Positions 1 to 11,222 of a stretch of 64,000 nucleotides of DNA are shown here, piece after piece. The DNA lies in contig JADJHE010000018.1 in NCBI GenBank assembly GCA_016707685.1, forward strand, positions 5,447 through 69,446, in the 5' to 3' direction. Positions within the stretch are counted from its first letter, which is position 1. The number at the start of each line of letters is the position of its first letter. The notes beneath the pieces are model-generated. The model searched no databases. It was not told the DNA's origin and saw only the letters and a list, made by a program, of their open reading frames with translations. The stretch is from Bacteroidota bacterium (GTDB taxonomy: Bacteria > Bacteroidota > Bacteroidia > 2-12-FULL-35-15). A program made the translations under genes and the position numbers.

Positions 1-260
1 CGCTCTTCCTGAATAAATCAAATCAATTCCAACATTCATTTTTTCATTCAAACGAATCGTATAATTAAAACCACCACTAAAAAAAATGCCTGAAGTGTAG
101 TTAATTGTATCATTATACAAATCTGAACTTGTCATCCCAACAAACAAGCTTAATCGAGAGTATTCTTTGTTAGAATAAACAGTTTGACTATTTACACCAT
201 TTGTAATAAAACAAAGCACCAACATAACTGTTAGTGCTTTGGTATAAAAAAAACTTTTCA
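1..260 (-). CDS. outer-membrane beta-barrel (porin-family-like) protein, N-terminal part only; gene runs off the window start
   Basis: Own translation of the minus strand from the ATG at 258-260: MKSFFYTKALTVMLVLCFITNGVNSQTVYSNKEYSRLSLFVGMTSSDLY... This is a signal peptide followed by a beta-strand-like alternating pattern. It is absent from the ORF track because no stop lies inside the window. Confidence 0.55.
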
Positions 261-264
261 TAAA

Positions 265-1278
265 TTATTTTAAACTAATTTTCACAGTATAGCTACCCGT
301 ATTTGCAGCATTGTAAACGGTTTCATAAATAGAAATATAAAGCATACCGCTTGATTGAACATTTCCAGAAAATTTGGCACCCGCTTTTAGTGTTTGTGTA
401 GATGAATCTCCTATTTTATAAACCACATTTCCGTATGATGGATAAGTAGAACCACTATTATAATCACCTTCATACGACTCTGTTCCTGTTGTTGCAGAAC
501 CAACAATAGACCCATCTGGCTTGTATTTACTACCTGATAAACTAGCAAACGTAACTTCGCCCGAAGCTGTAATTATTAATTTCTGACCAGATTTAACCAT
601 AATACCAGTTTTAAACCAACCACCATTTGTATTCGATGAGATATGCTTTGTAGCTAATAATTTAAATGTTAATTCTCCATTTTCAGAATCCCCATGATAC
701 ATTACGTCTATATGTTTTATCTTTTCTTTTGGAATTGACAATGTACCATATTCAGTTTTTAAATCTATTTTGGCAAACTCATATTTACCACCCATTGAGT
801 ATTCGTAATCAATTGAAATTACATCTTTTGAAGAGAAGCCATCTGTTACATTATATTTTGATTGCAACTCAAGCAATGCAGCATCAGCAGTATAATCGGT
901 ATATGTTGTTGGTTCGCTCTCATAAGTAGATGAGTATAGTATATTATTTATTGCTGGAATTGCTTTGATGTCCATCTTTACCAATTCATCGTATGCCGAC
1001 TTACGCATTTGTTCGTTGGAGTTGGATAACTGTTTTACCAAAGCAGTAACTTTATCGCTAGTGGCTTTATCTGTGGAGATACCTAAATCCAAAGCAGTTA
1101 CATTTTTGATAGGAATTTCAAGTTTTCCGTAATCAGTACTAAGTGACACACTGGTTATTTTTGAAGTCCCACTCATTACATTTCCATCACGCAAAGTAAG
1201 CTTCAATTCTACATCAGATTGTGCAAAAGCAATCATGTTTATTAAAAAAGCAAAACCAGTTAAAATGTATTTTTTCAT
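265..1278 (-). CDS. secreted protein with a C-terminal PA-IL/LecA-like lectin-type beta-sandwich (putative)
   Basis: ORF 265..1392. The likely true start is M39 (MKKYILTGFAFLINMIAFAQ, a signal peptide; ATG at 1276-1278). The C-terminus (GQKLIITASGEVTF...YGNVVYKIGDSS...GMLYISIYE...NTGSYTVKI) follows the pattern of LecA (G.VITIVAAG...GALVMKIGNSG...ITLIYND...NSGSFSVNI). The gene starts 10 nt downstream of the giant repeat gene. Confidence 0.6.
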   Translation of the reverse strand: MKKYILTGFAFLINMIAFAQSDVELKLTLRDGNVMSGTSKITSVSLSTDYGKLEIPIKNVTALDLGISTDKATSDKVTALVKQLSNSNEQMRKSAYDELVKMDIKAIPAINNILYSSTYESEPTTYTDYTADAALLELQSKYNVTDGFSSKDVISIDYEYSMGGKYEFAKIDLKTEYGTLSIPKEKIKHIDVMYHGDSENGELTFKLLATKHISSNTNGGWFKTGIMVKSGQKLIITASGEVTFASLSGSKYKPDGSIVGSATTGTESYEGDYNSGSTYPSYGNVVYKIGDSSTQTLKAGAKFSGNVQSSGMLYISIYETVYNAANTGSYTVKISLK

Positions 1279-1288
1279 AAGAGTTCGA

Positions 1289-4200
1289 TTAATTATTTTC
1301 AACTTCAGTATTTCTAATATATTCTTGTTCTGTAATTGGAGTATCATCTTTAAAATAATAAATCGCTCCAAAGCTTGTCTCTTTCTTAACATACATATGG
1401 CCTTCGTTACCTCTTACAACTATTCGTCTAGTTACTTTCGCGTTATTTTCACGACCCGACTCTTCTGTAATTCCTTCAGGATACTTTTGTGCTAAAACAC
1501 TCTTAAAATCATCCTTATTATTTTTTGTATCCGTTGCTGTGGTAGTGGTAGTTCCCTTTTTCATCAGACCATCTATTTCAGCAATTTTAGCTTTTGGATA
1601 TTGTTCGGTTGCTTTAATCAATAGCGCATCTTGGAATGCACTTTTCGCCATTTTGTAATCTTTACTTGCCATCAATTTATCACCTTTTGCAACCAAATCT
1701 TTGTACTGCTGCTCTTTTGCTTTACCCTTTTCAATTGCGTCTAAAGCTCGATTAACTTCAGCTATTTTATTGGTAGGATAAGGCTCTGAAGGTTTTAAAG
1801 ATTGCGCTTCTTTATAGGATGTAAGTGCTGTTGTATAATCTTTTGCTGTAAATGCATCATCTCCTGCTTTTATGGCTGCATCGTATTTTTCTTGTGCCGC
1901 TTTTCCTTTTGCCAAATCAGCTATAATTGTATTAACTTTTACTAATTGATCCTTCGGATATTGCTCAGTCGTTTTTATTGATGAAGCTTCTTGATACGAC
2001 ACTTTTGCTTTTGCATAATCTTTAGCAGCGAATGCTTGATCTGCAGATGCAATTGCACTATTATATTTTTCCGCTTTTTCTTTTGCATTTGCTTCACCAG
2101 CAATTAGTGCATCAATAGCTGCTAATTTATCCTTTGGATATTTTTCAGCAGGTTTAAAGGATAAAGCTTCGTTGTATCCTGACTTTGCATCACTATAAGA
2201 CTTAGCTGCTAATGCTGCATCCGCTTTTGAAATAGCAGCTTTATATTTTTCATCAAGTTCTTTAGCTGAAGCATTTTTACTAGCTAATTCCCCTAATAAC
2301 TTATCAATTTCAGTGATTTTATCTTTTGGATATTGCTCACTTTTTTTGCAATTGCGTTATGGCTTTTTGCATTATAGGTTTTTGCTTTTGCGCAGCGTTC
2401 CTTTTGCTATGCTGCTTTGTATTTTGCTTCAATTGCAAGGCTGCATCACCTTTCTTAATTACAGCTTTTATTTACTTCGCGTCTAACGGCAGCTCGTTCT
2501 TTCTCAGCAGCAGCATCACCCATTAATTTATCTGCTTCTGCAATTTTATCGGTTGGATATTGCTCACCTGGCTTTACTGCTAATGCCTCGTTATAAGCTG
2601 TTTTGGCAGCGGAATACGTTTTTGCAGTCATAGCAGCATCACCTTTAGTAATCGCTGCTTTGTATTTTGCTTCTTTTGCTTTCTCGGCAGCTTCCTTGTC
2701 TTTATTAGCAGCTATTTCAGCTAAGTTTTTCTCAGCCTCTGCTAATTTATCTTTTGGATATTGTTCAGATGGTTTTAATCCAATTGCAGCAGAATAATTT
2801 GTTTTTGCCGTTGCATAATCTTTAGCCGTTAATGCAGCATCGCCTTTAGAGATTGCATCCGTATATTTTTTCTCCAATTCCTTCGCCCCCATTTCTTTTG
2901 CTAGAATCGCATTTATTTCAGCAATTTTATCTTTTGGATATTTTTCAGTCGCTTTAAAGCTTAATGCTTCATTGTATGTCGTTTTTGCTAATTCATAGTC
3001 TTTAGAAGCTAAAGCTGCATCTGCTTTTGTTATTGCTGCAGAATATTTTTCTGTTAATTCTTTTTCCTTTGCTAAACGTTCTTTATCTGCAGCATCTTTC
3101 GCAGCAGCGTCTGCTATTGCTTTATCAATTTCTGCCAATTTAGTTTTAGGATACGCTTCTGCTGGCTTGAAACCTAAAGCTTCATTGTATCCAACTTTAG
3201 CATCATCATATGATTTTGTTTTTAAGGCAGCATCGCCTTTTGTAATTGCAGCTTTGTATTTATCATCAAGTTCTTTAGCACCCATCTCTTTTGCAATCAA
3301 TGCGTCAATTTCTGCAATTTTATCTTTCGGATACTGCTCTCCTGACTTTAAAACTAAAGCTTCATTATACGCTGTTTTTGCAGCTGCATACGTTTTTAAC
3401 TTCAAAGCAGCATCACCTTTTGCGATTGCAGCTTTATACTTCGTATCTAATTCTTTCTCTTTTGCTAATCGATCTTTTTCAGCGGCAGCATCCGCTAATG
3501 CTTTATCAACTTCTGCCAACTTATCTTTAGGATATTGCTCGAAGGCTTTAATCAATTGCACTAGAATAATTAGTTTTTGCAGTTGTATAATCTTTTGCTA
3601 TTAAAGCAGCATCCCCTTTTGAAATTGCATCGGTGTATTTTTTCTCTAATTCCTTCGCACCCATCTCTTTTGCAAGAATAGCGTTTATTTCAGCAATTTT
3701 ATCTTTGGGATATTTTTCAGTTGCTTTAAAACTTAATGCTTCGTTGTATGCCGTTTTTGCCAACTCATAATCTTTAGAAGTTAAAGCGGCATCACCTTTT
3801 TGTTATTGCTGCAGAATATTTTTCTGCTAATTCTTTTCTTTGCCAAACGTGCTTTTTCTGCTGCATCTTTTGAAGCGGCATCGGCAATTGCTTTATCTAT
3901 TTCAGCTAGTTTTGTTTTTGGATAAGCTTCAGTAGGTTTTATTCCTAGGGCTTCATTGTATGCAGCTTTTGCATCTTCATATGTTTTTGCGGCAAGTGCT
4001 TTATCACCTTTCGTAATAGCAGCTGAATATTTTTCTGTAATCTCTTTTTCTTTTGCCTGACGATCCTTTTCGGCAGCATCTTTTGCAGCAGCATCTGCTA
4101 ACAATTTATCAATTGAAGCTATTTTATCTTTAGGTAATTGCTCTGCAGGCTTCAATCCAAGTGCTTCGTTATAAGCAGCTTTCGCAGCTTCATATGTTTT

Positions 4201-6039
4201 AGCCAACAATGCTTTATCACCTTTTGCAATAGCCGCATTGTACTTATCATTTAATTCTTTTTCCTTAGCAAGCTTTTCTTTTTCAGCTACATCCTTCGCT
4301 GCTGCATCAGCTAATAACTTTTCAATTTCTGCCAATTTATCTTTGGGATATTGTTCTGCTGCTTTTAATACGGAAGCTTCTGTGAAGGCAGCTTTTGCTC
4401 CTGAATAATTTTTAGCAGTCATTGCAGCATCTCCTTTTGCAATAGCAGCAGTATATTTTTCATTCAATGCTTTTTCAGCTGCTAATTTATCTTTCTCTGC
4501 TTTATCTTTTGCTGCAAGTTCTGCAAGTGCAGAATCTATTTCTTTAATTTTATCTTTGGGGTATTGTTCTGTCGCTTTTAAAGTCAATGCTTCATTGTAT
4601 CCAGCTTTTGCATTCACATAATCTTTTGTAGCAAGCGCTTTATCACCTTTAGCAATAGCTGCTGTGTATTTATCATTAAGCTCTTTTTCTTTTGCAAGCT
4701 TCGCTTTTTCAGCAGCATCTTTTGCGGCAGCATCGGCCAATGCCTTTTCTATTTCTGCTAATTTCGTTTTGGGATATGCCTCTGTAGGTTTGAAACCAGA
4801 AGCCTCCGTGTATCCAGCTTTTGCAGTTACATAATCTTTTGCTGTAAATGCTTTATCAGCCTTTGTTATTGCAGCTGTATACTTTTCATTCAATTCTTTT
4901 TCTGCTTTTTCTTTAGCAGCAGCATCTGCCAATGCTTTATCTATTTCAGCAATTTTATCTTTCGGATATTTTTCAGCCGCTTTCAAAGCCAATGCTTCAG
5001 TGTACCCCACTTTTGCATTTGCATAATCTTTGGCAGCAAAAGCTTTATCGCCTTTAGCAATAGCAGCATCGTATTTGGCATTCAATTCTTTTTCTGCACC
5101 TTGTTTTGCAATAGCAGCATCAATTTCTGCTAATTTTGTTTTAGGGTAGGCTTCTGAAGGTTTTAATTTTAATGCATCATTATAATTTGTTTTTGCAAAA
5201 TCAAAATTCTTTGCAGTAAATGCGGCATCTGCTTTTGCAATTGCAGCCTTGTAATCATTTTCAACTTGAGCATTTTTCGCAGCATCTGCTTGCAACTTTT
5301 CAATCTCTTTAATTTTTTCTAAAGGATAAGGTTCGCCTTTCTTTACACTCAACGCATCTTCGTATGCGGCTCTAGCACCTGAATAATCTTTCTTTGCAAA
5401 TGCGGCATCAGCTTTTGCGATAGCAGCTTGATACTGACTAGCTGCAGCTGCCTCTAATTGCTGTTGCTGCTTTACTTGTTCTTCTGCTTTTGCATTCGCC
5501 TCTTTTTCTACCTGTGCTAATTTTGCCAATGCATCTTGCATGGATTGTGTATACGCTTTGTCGTACTCAATCTCTTTTATTTTATCATCGTAAAAAAACT
5601 TTGCAATGGGCTGACTTAAAATCGAATTGATTTGAGATACTACTCCTGGATCTTTTGGTAATTCAAAAATAGAAACCTCAATATCCTGACCACCAAATTC
5701 TTCCTTTGCACGCTCTTCAGGGATTCCTTTTGTATTGAAATAGAATTTTTTAGTAATGTGACCTGGCTTAGTAACCGACAACGTATACTCTGCATTCATA
5801 TCTAACAATACAGAAAATCGACCATTTGTAGAAGTTGTGATTTGGTTTGCCAATGCAGAACCTTTTGTTAAGGTAACTACGGCACCATCTAACTTCTTTT
5901 TATTTTTCTTGACAGTACCTGCAACTGTATATTTTGTTTGTGCATTTACTTCGGGAGTAGCAAGACCAATAAATGCAAATAGCATTAACATGCTCAAAAT
6001 AGTCTTTGGGGTTTTATGTAATCTAAAAATCATCATCAA
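1289..6039 (-). CDS. giant secreted repeat protein (about 1580 aa): signal peptide, carboxypeptidase-regulatory-like beta-sandwich, about 20 TPR-like modules and a conserved C-terminal domain; frameshifted at least 4 times as sequenced
   Basis: Same-strand ORFs 3781..6039, 3548..3763, 2455..3561, the 2002-2455 stretch and 1289..2002 all carry the same module (KY.AAI.KGD.A...K.Y..AK..Y.EAL.LKP.E.YPKDKIAEID). The N-terminus is MMMIFRL...ATPEVNAQ followed by YTVAGTVKK...GAVVTL...TNGRFSV...YTLSVTKPGH. One break maps to T-run 3797-3801, which has 5 T where the paralogous copy at 3025-3028 has 4 T. Confidence 0.8.
1560..5440 (-). repeat. in-frame tandem coding repeats (about 120-180 nt units, with a diverged higher-order duplication of about 770 nt, e.g. 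about 2820-3060 vs about 3590-3830)
   Basis: About 20 recurrences of ...ttttggatattg/ttttc... (reverse of YPKDK codons). By-eye alignment of the 2821-3060 and 3591-3830 segments shows a clearly related but diverged duplicate. Confidence 0.8.
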
Positions 6040-6215
6040 AAATCGTTATATCTTATGTTTAGCTTTAAGAGAGCAAATATAGATAATTTAGCCTATACAA
6101 AGCAATTATTCTGCCAACAAAAAAGCACTAAAACTAATTGATAATCAAACAATTAAGAACAAATAGAAATTCCATTAATTCAATTACTTTTGTTTTATAA
6201 ATCTATTCAAAAAGT

Positions 6216-7346
6216 ATGGACTTAAGTTATTGGGAAAAAAACAGCTATTTCAACAAACTCGATGTTGTAATTATAGGGAGCGGAATTGTAGGGTTAAATG
6301 CGGCACTATCTTTAAAAAGAAGAAATAAAAAATTAGCTATTCTAATTCTAGAAAGAGGACTTCTTCCTACAGGGGCTAGCTCAAAAAATGCTGGATTTGC
6401 ATGTTTTGGAAGTCCTAGTGAATTATTAAGTGATTTAAAAACGCATTCAGAAGATGAAGTTTTTTCATTGGTTGAAAAACGATGGAAGGGATTATTAAAA
6501 TTGCGAAAAAATTTAGGAGACAAAGCAATTGATTTTCACAACTGGGGAGGCTATGAAGTGTTCGACAACAAAGAACGATACGAACAGTGCGCTGACCAAC
6601 TTGACTATTTAAATAAGCATACCTCCAAATTAATTGGCTCTAAAAAAGTGTACATTAATGCTGATAAAAAAATTAAAGATTTTGGATTCAGAAAAATCCA
6701 ACATATGATTTTAAATACAGCAGAAGGTCAAATAGACACAGGAAAAACCATCAAAGCATTGATAGCAAAAGTAAGAATGTTGGGTGTAGAAATTGTAAAT
6801 GGCATTGATGTGCTTAAAATTGAGGACCATGATAAAAATGTAATTATTCATACATCAAATGATTTGCATATTGAAACTAAAAAAGTAATTGTTGCAACGA
6901 ATGGTTTCGCAAAAGAACTATTACCAAACTATTCCGTTCAGCCTGCACGTGCGCAAGTATTAATTACCGAGCCAATAAAGAACCTAAAACTAAAAGGTAC
7001 ATTTCACTATGATGAAGGCTATTATTATTTCAGAAATATAGGTAATAGGATTTTATTTGGAGGTGGAAGAAATTTGGATTTCAAATCAGAAGAAACGACA
7101 GCATTTGGATTAACAGATATAGTACAAAATCGCTTGGATAAATTATTAAAGGAAATTATTCTACCTACTACTAATTACAAAATTGATATGCGTTGGAGTG
7201 GAATTATGGGTGTTGGTCCTGAGAAAAAAAGCATCGTAAAAGCTACAAGTAAAAATGTGTTTTGTGCTGTTCGAATGGGCGGAATGGGTGTTGCAATTGG
7301 AAGTTTAGTTGGTGAAGAAGTTGCTGAATTGGCTATAAATTCATAA
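6216..7346 (+). CDS. FAD-dependent oxidoreductase (DAO / glycine-D-amino-acid oxidase-like family)
   Basis: N-terminal dinucleotide-binding motif DVVIIGSGIVGLNAALSL. Length 376 aa. The C-terminal part is typical of the family (GGMGVAIGSLVGEE). Confidence 0.8.
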   Translation: MDLSYWEKNSYFNKLDVVIIGSGIVGLNAALSLKRRNKKLAILILERGLLPTGASSKNAGFACFGSPSELLSDLKTHSEDEVFSLVEKRWKGLLKLRKNLGDKAIDFHNWGGYEVFDNKERYEQCADQLDYLNKHTSKLIGSKKVYINADKKIKDFGFRKIQHMILNTAEGQIDTGKTIKALIAKVRMLGVEIVNGIDVLKIEDHDKNVIIHTSNDLHIETKKVIVATNGFAKELLPNYSVQPARAQVLITEPIKNLKLKGTFHYDEGYYYFRNIGNRILFGGGRNLDFKSEETTAFGLTDIVQNRLDKLLKEIILPTTNYKIDMRWSGIMGVGPEKKSIVKATSKNVFCAVRMGGMGVAIGSLVGEEVAELAINS

Positions 7347-7437
7347 TTAAAAAAAACTTCTTCAATTTACCACCAAAACTTAGGTTCGAATGAATTAAAA
7401 TAATTTCCCTATTTTTATTTTATAATCCACCCGCTAA

Positions 7438-9055
7438 ATGTATTTATTTTACTACAAGTCATTACGAACTTTTTGTTTACTCTTATTAATTAAATTTTCG
7501 GTTTGTAACTCCTTGATTGGACAAAGCTATCCAAGTTTTACAGCAACTATTTATGATAGTCTTTCGTCTGGTTATTACTTCCTAGCACCACTTCCTTTAG
7601 GTGTTGGCACACCAATTAATACACCAAGCCAAATGATAATCGACCATAATGCAAATGTGGTTTATTATAAATCAGTTGGTTCAGCAATTAATATTGGTGA
7701 TTTTAAAATTCAGGAAGCTATTGGACAAATTTCATACAGTACTGCAAATAAATTCAGGTTAATGGACAGTTCATTTACAATAATTGATTCCGTTAGATGT
7801 AAAGCAGGAATTATCCCTGACGATCACGATATGCAAGTACTTCCAAATGGACATTTTTTATTAATCGGATATGAAAATGTGACAATGGATTTAAGTTCTT
7901 ATAATTTATTTAGTGGAACAGGTGCTCCAGGAAGTACAACTGCAACAGTGAGATTTGGTGTAATTCAAGAGCAAGATGCGAACAAAAACATTGTTTTTGA
8001 ATGGCATTCAAAAGATTATTTTTCTTTTGTAGATATGGATACGAAATGGTTATCCAGTCCAACATTTGTTGATTTCACGCACTTTAATGCTGTTGAATTA
8101 GATACAGATGGTAATATTCTTGTTTCATCAAGGCACTTGAATGAGATAACTAAAATCAACCGAACTACTGGAGCTGTCATGTGGCGATTGGGAGGTAATG
8201 CAAATCAATTTACTTTTACAAATGATACTGAAATGTTTAAAGCACAGCATGACATTAGAAGAATAACAAATGGTAATATCACACTTTTCGACAATGGTGA
8301 ACCTGGAGTCCCTTTTCATCCCGCAACAGCGAAAGAGTATCAATTGGATGAAACAACTTTAACTGCAACTTTAGTTTGGAGTTATGTCAATGAGCCTTCA
8401 ATTTATAGTACAGCAATGGGGAATGTTCAACGTCATGCCAATGGGAATACACTAATAAACTATGGCTGGTATAGGGGATCCAATACGCTATTCACTGTTG
8501 TTAATCCATCAGGAGCAAAAGTATTCGAACTGTCCTTTCCTGATTCATTACGCTCTTATCGATCGTTCTATTATCCAACATTACCATTTTGAATTAACTC
8601 GTCCAACAATTTCTTGTATAGAAATTAGTGGCCAATATTATTTAGATGCAGGATCTGGGTATTCAAGTTATAAATGGTCGAATGGAGCAACAACGCAACT
8701 AATACCAATTACATCAGCAGGCTCATATTCTGTTTTTGTTCCTATAGGAACTGGGGGATTTATTTGCTCAGAAATATTTTTAGTAACAAACACTTCTGCT
8801 CCATGTCCAGCCACAACTATACATGAAATTGATACAGATTTATTAAGTGTATTCCCAAATCCAATTGTCGACCGAATACATTTAAAAAACTCAACAAAGA
8901 TAGGTAGTTATGAAATTATAAATGCTATTGGACAACAAGTATGGAATGGTAAACAGATTGAAAATGTAGAATTTAATTTTTTGCCATCGGGTATTTATAT
9001 ACTAAAGTTTAATTCAGCAAACTCACAACAATTTGCAAAGTTTATCAAACAATAA
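7438..9055 (+). CDS. arylsulfotransferase (ASST)-like beta-propeller protein with T9SS C-terminal sorting domain; one frameshift as sequenced
   Basis: ORF 7438..8592 has ASST-family-like motifs (DDHDMQVLPNGHFLL, AQHDIRRITNGNITLFDNG). ORF 8462..9055 ends in a T9SS CTD (LSVFPNPIVDRIHL...GIYILKF). Removing one T from run 8587-8590 joins ...YYPTLPF to ELTRPTISC... Confidence 0.75.
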
Positions 9056-9072
9056 AAACACCCGCAATTAGT

Positions 9073-9720
9073 ATGAATCCTGAAAACAAAACGAAACAGG
9101 CTGTCGCAGTATTTAATAAGTACGCTGAAAATTATCAAGAGCGATTTATGGATACAACGTTATACTGGGACACGTTTAACGTTTTTTGCGAAAACATAAA
9201 GCCGGAAGCTGCAGAAATATTAGAAGTCGCATGTGGTCCAGGCAACATAACCAAACACATACTTGACAGCCATCCTGATTATAAAATTACGGGAACAGAT
9301 TTGGCTCCAAACATGATTGAACTTGCTAAGAAAAACAATCCAACTGCAAACTTTCAACTAATGGATGGGAGAGCAATTAAATCACTCAACAAAAAATACG
9401 ATGGAATCATTAGTGGTTTCTTTTTCCCTTATTTATCTAAGGAAGATACAATTCAATTTATTGCAGACGCATCAACCATCTTAAATCCGAATGGAGTATT
9501 ATACATTAGTACCATGGAAGAAGATTACAGTAAATCGGGATTACAAAAAGGAAGCAAAGGCGATGAAATTTATATGCATTATCACCAAGCTGACTATTTA
9601 ACAGATGCCTTAACTAAAAACAATTTTAAAATCATTGAGATTCAACGAAAAGAATCATTTTCCACAACTGGAACAAAGACTGTTGATCTAATAATTATCT
9701 CAAAAAAATCTAGCGAATAA
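9073..9720 (+). CDS. class I SAM-dependent methyltransferase
   Basis: SAM-binding motif I is ILEVACGPGNIT. An acidic residue follows the next strand (ITGTDLAPNM). Length 215 aa. Confidence 0.8.
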   Translation: MNPENKTKQAVAVFNKYAENYQERFMDTTLYWDTFNVFCENIKPEAAEILEVACGPGNITKHILDSHPDYKITGTDLAPNMIELAKKNNPTANFQLMDGRAIKSLNKKYDGIISGFFFPYLSKEDTIQFIADASTILNPNGVLYISTMEEDYSKSGLQKGSKGDEIYMHYHQADYLTDALTKNNFKIIEIQRKESFSTTGTKTVDLIIISKKSSE

Positions 9721-9818
9721 AATTATCCGTTATTAAACGTTTAAAAACGACTAGCGTATTTTTTATTCTTTACTTTTACTTAAAGCAATTAAATAAGTTC
9801 ATCTTAAATTTATTATCA

Positions 9819-10481
9819 ATGAAAAAAATCAATTTTATTTTTTCCCTGCTTTTTATTACAACAATCCTACAGGCTCAAACAAAGACTAGCAAGCTTGGAA
9901 TCACTGCAGGATTTGGATTTCAGCAATACAATGGAGATTTAGGAAATGGCTTCTATAATTTCAAAACATCAAGCTATGGTGTTGGAAGCGCACAAATAGC
10001 AAGCTATTTAACGCCTTCATTTGATGCAGGTATCATGTTCAGCATTGGCGATTATGGCTATTGCCAAACAGAAGAAGAAGCAAACAAAGAAGTTCCATTT
10101 AGTGACAGATGTCCGGGATGTCTTGGCAGAGTTGGCATTGGAAATCTAAATTCAAGAATGATATCCGGAGGATTATTCATTCGTTACAAATTGGCAAATG
10201 GATACATATTAAAGGAAGATTCTAAATTTAGTCCGTATATATATGCCGGAGCGAGTATTAATCAAATAACCGACAGAATGAAAATGAATTGTGTTACACC
10301 AGGAAACTATTACACGATAAATGCAGGTGGAGGAATTAATTATAATCTTTCAGAACGATTTGTAATAGGATACAATATTGGATTTGGCAGATTCACATCT
10401 GACAAAGTAGATCTTCAAGTAAGATGCAGCAAGGACATGTACATGCAAAACACATTACATATTGGAATTAACATATTCTAA
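9819..10481 (+). CDS. outer-membrane beta-barrel protein (hypothetical)
   Basis: Signal peptide MKKINFIFSLLFITTILQAQ. The sequence has an alternating aromatic/Gly-rich strand pattern and ends in a C-terminal aromatic residue (...GINIF). Confidence 0.6.
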   Translation: MKKINFIFSLLFITTILQAQTKTSKLGITAGFGFQQYNGDLGNGFYNFKTSSYGVGSAQIASYLTPSFDAGIMFSIGDYGYCQTEEEANKEVPFSDRCPGCLGRVGIGNLNSRMISGGLFIRYKLANGYILKEDSKFSPYIYAGASINQITDRMKMNCVTPGNYYTINAGGGINYNLSERFVIGYNIGFGRFTSDKVDLQVRCSKDMYMQNTLHIGINIF

Positions 10482-10493
10482 TTAAAGAAAATA

Positions 10494-10530
10494 AAAAGGA
10501 TGATTCAGGATAAAGAATCATCCTTTTTTA
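10494..10530. terminator. bidirectional intrinsic-terminator-like hairpin between convergent genes
   Basis: The sequence is aaaaaGGATGATTCaggataaaGAATCATCCtttttt, a 10-bp stem flanked by an A-run and a T-run. Confidence 0.6.
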
Positions 10531-11222
10531 ATAATTCACAAAACCAAAAACCTTTTGTTTTAGAACCTTCAACTATTACATCCAAAGGTTTGTAAACCTT
10601 TTCACCAATTATAAAAGGAACTGGCTTTTTAAAAATTGGACCATCATAGCAGAATGTATGAAACTCTCCATTCTCACCACAAGGGTCAACATTAAATGGA
10701 AGTAAAGCAATAAATTCTTTATTTAATTCTACTCCAACACTTGCTTTATCTAAGAAATGCATCATTTACACAGCATGTAATTGTTTTAAAATTTAAGTCA
10801 AAAAATTCATTGATTAACTCAGAAGTATTTCTTTTCCATAGTGGGAATTCAGCAACTAAATCAAGTTTCTTTAAATTATTTTCACGATACGCTCTTAAAT
10901 CTTCTAAAAAAATATCTCCAAAAATAATTTTAGTAATCCCTTTTGATTTGTATTCCAACAACACCTCCTCCATCCTTCTTTCATATTCCGAATTAGTACC
11001 CTCTTTCACATACATTTTAATTAATGGCAAACCTATGCTATCAGCCTGAACCTCCAATAACTCTTCTCGAATACCATGCATCGAAACACGTTTGTAGTGT
11101 TCATTTAAAGTTGTTAGTAATGCTACAACTTCAAACTTTTCGTCTTGAAATACTTTATATAAAGCCAGAGCGGAGTCCTTTCCTCCGCTCCAACAAAATA
11201 GCACTTTCTCTTTGGGCATCAT
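10505..11222 (-). CDS. PP-loop ATP pyrophosphatase of the Dph6 / MJ0570 (diphthine-ammonia-ligase-like) family; one frameshift as sequenced
   Basis: N-terminus is MMPKEKVLFCWSGGKDSALAL, containing the SGGKDS PP-loop. ORFs 10746..11222 and 10505..10765 rejoin (..CCVNDAFLDKASVG..) by removing one base from the run at 10755-10757. Its ATG overlaps the upstream gene's stop (TAATG at 11220-11224). Confidence 0.75.

Noticed and set aside
2326-3604. Plus-strand ORFs (66-145 aa; Ala/Ser/Phe-rich) listed inside the giant repeat gene
   Set aside because: They are antisense shadows of a Lys/Ala/Glu-rich repetitive coding sequence. They are low-complexity, have no start context, and are fully overlapped by the much better supported minus-strand gene.
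7383-7391. GGTTCGAAT, a tRNA T-arm-like string in the spacer after the FAD oxidoreductase
   Set aside because: The flanking sequence cannot form acceptor, D or anticodon arms, so it is an isolated match only. I saw no tRNA or rRNA anywhere in the window.
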